A stretch of 64,000 bases of DNA, taken from the NCBI GenBank assembly GCA_016208765.1, contig JACQXK010000004.1:20243-84242 (forward strand), given 5' to 3'. The DNA is from Candidatus Omnitrophota bacterium (GTDB taxonomy: Bacteria > Omnitrophota > Gorgyraeia > Gygaellales > Profunditerraquicolaceae). Of the stretch, positions 61,070 to 64,000 are shown one piece after another. The notes below the pieces were generated by a model. That model made no database searches, had not been told where the DNA came from, and worked only from the letters and a program-made list of their open reading frames with translations. The position numbers and the translations under genes were made by a program. The number at the start of each line of letters is the position of its first letter. The first letter of the stretch is position 1.

Positions 61070-62491
61070 TTATTTAGACAGAAATTTATCTATATGGAAG
61101 GCGGCCTGGCGTCCTTCAGATATCGCCCAGACCACTAAAGACTGGCCCCGGCGCATATCGCCGCAGGAAAATACTTTTTTTACAGAAGTGCTGTAGTCAA
61201 GGCCGGTTTTTACGTTTCCACGAGGATCCAATTCAACAGCTAAATTTTCAAGAAGCCCTTTTTTCTCCGGATGTAAAAATCCCAAGGCAAACAGCACTAA
61301 ATCAGCCTCAAGTTCAAATTCAGTACCCGGGATCTCCTTGATCACTGGCGCGCCTTTGGCATCTTTAGAGAATTCAACACGCACGCAGGAGAGCTTCTTC
61401 ACCTCTTCGTTCTCTCCTATGAATTTTTTCGTAGAGATTGCCCATTGCCTCTGGCCTCCCTCCTCATGACTTGAGGAAACCTTAAAAATAAGCGGATACT
61501 TTGGCCAGGGCTGGTCGCAACTACGGCACTCCGGAGGCTTGGGCAGAAGCTCAATTTGCACTACACAGCTTGCTCCCTGGCGATGAGCCGTACCCACACA
61601 ATCTGAGCCGGTGTCTCCTCCGCCGATAACAACAACCTTTTTGCCGCCAGCATCAATCAATTCCTGCTGGCTGAATTTCTTTCCGGAAATTCGCTTATTT
61701 GCCTGTGTGAGATATTCCATGGCAAAATAAATCCCTTTTAAATACCTTCCTTCTACTTGCAGATCGCGCGGTCTACGCGAGCCGCCAGACAAACAAATTG
61801 CGTCAAACTCTTTTAATAATTTTGAAACCGGCAGATCTGTGCCAACATCAGTATTAACAGTAAATTTTATTCCTTCTTTTTCTAAAATAACAAGACGGCG
61901 GTCAATAATTTTCTTATCCAATTTAAAATCGGGTATGCCGTAACGTAAAATTCCACCCACCTTATCATCCCGCTCAAAAACAACTACTTTATGCCCAAGT
62001 TTATTAAGCTCATCAGCGCAAGCTAAACCTGAAGGCCCGGAACCAATCACAGCAACTTTCTTACCCGTGCGCTTCTTAGGCGGCCTTGGCTTAATATAAC
62101 CAGCCTTAAATGCATGCTCAATTATATCCAGCTCGTCTTCCCGGACAGTTACCGGATCATCGTTAATCCCTAACACACAAGCAAACTCACAGATTGCCGG
62201 GCAAATCCTGCCGGTAATCTCAGGAAAATTATTGGAAGCCTGCAATAAATCAACTGCTTTTTGCCATTGGCCGCGAAATATATAATCATTCCACTCTGGA
62301 ATATAATTAGCAACCGGGCAAGCCCAATGGCAAAATGGCGTTCCGCAATCCATACAACGCGAAGCCTGCTCCATGGATTTGTCTGCCTTGCGCAACAGAG
62401 AAACTTCAGAATAATCCTTAACACGCTCGCACACCGGGCGGTACTGCGCTTTTTCCCGCTTAACTTTTAAAAAACCCTTGATATCCCCCAT
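61070..62491 (-). CDS. gltD: Glutamate synthase small (beta) subunit-like NADPH oxidoreductase
   Basis: CMDCGTPFC...[10 protein letters not shown]...[11 protein letters not shown] FeS motifs and [25 protein letters not shown] fold. Confidence 0.85.
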   Translation of the reverse strand: MGDIKGFLKVKREKAQYRPVCERVKDYSEVSLLRKADKSMEQASRCMDCGTPFCHWACPVANYIPEWNDYIFRGQWQKAVDLLQASNNFPEITGRICPAICEFACVLGINDDPVTVREDELDIIEHAFKAGYIKPRPPKKRTGKKVAVIGSGPSGLACADELNKLGHKVVVFERDDKVGGILRYGIPDFKLDKKIIDRRLVILEKEGIKFTVNTDVGTDLPVSKLLKEFDAICLSGGSRRPRDLQVEGRYLKGIYFAMEYLTQANKRISGKKFSQQELIDAGGKKVVVIGGGDTGSDCVGTAHRQGASCVVQIELLPKPPECRSCDQPWPKYPLIFKVSSSHEEGGQRQWAISTKKFIGENEEVKKLSCVRVEFSKDAKGAPVIKEIPGTEFELEADLVLFALGFLHPEKKGLLENLAVELDPRGNVKTGLDYSTSVKKVFSCGDMRRGQSLVVWAISEGRQAAFHIDKFLSK

Positions 62492-62495
62492 CTTG

Positions 62496-64000
62496 TTATC
62501 CCTCTGAATCTTCCTCCAGGCCCAATTTCTGTTCTAATTTCTTCTGCTCTAAAATCCGCTTATATTCAAGCGGCATAACCTTAATGAATTTTTTGCAGTT
62601 TGACTCAAAATCATCAAGGATCTTTTTTGCGATACTGCTTTGTGTATATTTATAATGGCTATGCAATAAGCGTGAAACTATTTCCATATCTTCTAAATTA
62701 AGTTTATCAAGTTCTACCATGTTTAAGTTACACCTATCCCTGAATCTTGCATCTGAATCATAAACATAAGCAACTCCACCGGACATTCCTGCGGCAAAAT
62801 TCCTGCCGGTTACACCCAAAACCACCACATGCCCGCCGGTCATATACTCACAACCATGATCCCCTACGCCTTCAACCACTGCATTTAATCCTGAGTTACG
62901 AATACAAAACCTCTCCCCGGCCAATCCCCGGATATAAGCCTCGCCTCTAATTGCTCCATAAAAAGTGGTGTTACCGATAATAATATTCCCTTCCGGAGCA
63001 TATCTTACATTCTTATCCGGATAAATTATGATCTTTCCTCCGGAAATACCCTTGCCCACATAGTCATTGCTCATACCCTCTAACTCAAAGGTAACCCCTT
63101 TTGAAAGCCAAGCGCCAAAACTCTGCCCTGCAACACCTTTAAATTTAAAATAAACAGTATCCTCGGCTAAACCATCCTCGCCATGGCGTTTGCAAATCTC
63201 ACCGCTCAACATAGCTCCCGTAGCCCTGTCGGTATTATGAATACCTAATTCCTCTTTTACGGATTCTTTGATTTCAATTGCTTTTTTGGCAAGCTGGATC
63301 AGCCTGCGGTCTAAAACCTTATCTATCTTATGATCTTGAGTAATCATGCAATGACTTCCAACTGATGCATTTACCTGCGGCTTATAAAGCAGGCGCGATA
63401 AATCCAATCCCTTAGCCTTCCACGGTAAAATTGCTTCATTTGTTTCCAGAAAATCTGTCCGTCCGATCAAATCGTCCAACCTACGCACCCCAAGAGAGCT
63501 CATGATCTGCCGCAGCTCTTCAATCACGAAACGAAAATAATTCTCTATATATTCCGGCTTACCCTGAAATCTTTTTTCAAGAATATCATCCTGAGTAGCA
63601 ATTCCCACCGAACAGTTATTTAAATTACAGTGCCTAAGCATTACACACCCCAGGACAATTAAAACTGCGGTGCAAAAACCAAACTCCTCAGCGCCCATCA
63701 TGGCTGCAATTGCAACATCCCTGCCGGTGCGCATCTGGCCGTCTGTCTGCAGCCGCACGCGGCTCCTTAAGTCATTTAACACCAGCGTCTGATGGGTTTC
63801 AGAAATTCCAAGTTCCCAGGGAAGCCCTGCATGTTTAATTGAACTTAGAGGAGAGGCGCCCGTGCCTCCGTCTCCTCCGGAAATTAAGATCATATCCGCA
63901 TGGCCCTTGGCAACACCTGCTGCAATTGTGCCGACGCCGATTTCCGAGACCAGCTTTACGCTGATGCGCGCCAGAGGATTAGTATTTTTTAAATCAAAAA
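62496..64000 (-). CDS. gltB: Glutamate synthase large-subunit-type FMN / GXGXG (C-terminal) domains. The ORF continues past the right window edge (5'-partial).
   Basis: The reverse complement of 63894-64000 stays in frame (FDLKNTNPLARISVKLVSEIGVGTIAAGVAKGHAD-MILISGGDGGTGASP), matching the GltB FMN-domain signature. The C-terminal GXGXG domain reads GNTTFYGAIRGEAYIRGLAGERF. Confidence 0.8.
   Translation of the reverse strand, partial: FDLKNTNPLARISVKLVSEIGVGTIAAGVAKGHADMILISGGDGGTGASPLSSIKHAGLPWELGISETHQTLVLNDLRSRVRLQTDGQMRTGRDVAIAAMMGAEEFGFCTAVLIVLGCVMLRHCNLNNCSVGIATQDDILEKRFQGKPEYIENYFRFVIEELRQIMSSLGVRRLDDLIGRTDFLETNEAILPWKAKGLDLSRLLYKPQVNASVGSHCMITQDHKIDKVLDRRLIQLAKKAIEIKESVKEELGIHNTDRATGAMLSGEICKRHGEDGLAEDTVYFKFKGVAGQSFGAWLSKGVTFELEGMSNDYVGKGISGGKIIIYPDKNVRYAPEGNIIIGNTTFYGAIRGEAYIRGLAGERFCIRNSGLNAVVEGVGDHGCEYMTGGHVVVLGVTGRNFAAGMSGGVAYVYDSDARFRDRCNLNMVELDKLNLEDMEIVSRLLHSHYKYTQSSIAKKILDDFESNCKKFIKVMPLEYKRILEQKKLEQKLGLEEDSEG

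Noticed and set aside
60491-61077. ORFs 60491-60682 (-), 60502-61077 (+) and 60510-60701 (+)
   Set aside because: They arise from the GC-rich R3 copy b and run antisense to the well-supported DUF192 gene. Arg/Pro/Gly-rich translations are typical of GC-rich non-coding sequence.

Overview
AT-rich (~38% GC) bacterial chromosomal segment, probably from an uncultivated anaerobe. Almost all genes are on the minus strand; only two are on the plus strand. No transposase, integrase, CRISPR array, tRNA or rRNA was recognised.

Recognisable content, left to right:
- A sugar-modification-like operon: type-I phosphomannose-isomerase-like cupin, an RmlD-like reductase fused to an unknown N-domain, an arginase/deacetylase-fold hydrolase, a class-III aminotransferase, a HAD phosphatase and a GNAT.
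- A TPP riboswitch driving pncA-thi4.
- A radical SAM enzyme plus a ThiI-like PP-loop ATPase.
- A metal-uptake cluster (feoA, feoB, a ZIP transporter).
- Two-component kinases and three stand-alone receiver proteins, bioY, an LpxL-family acyltransferase, a PIG-L deacetylase, an M48 protease overlapping rpmA, and a beta-CASP RNase.
- A divergent XRE regulator / transglutaminase-like pair next to a chagasin-type inhibitor.
- pyrG-carA and a half-size carB.
- An HD-GYP pair sharing an N-domain.
- A 1842-aa ORF that fuses a complete phosphohexomutase and a complete glucose-6-phosphate isomerase to a ~740-aa uncharacterised C-terminal region.
- A complete F-type ATP synthase operon directly downstream of a six-gene complex-I-like / group-4-hydrogenase-like membrane module. 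The module's 'large subunit' has lost the NiFe-ligating cysteines (Ehr-type).
- gltD and a gltB fragment at the right edge.

Three families of GC-rich, structured, dispersed non-coding repeats sit in intergenic regions. Two of them show compensatory base changes between copies.
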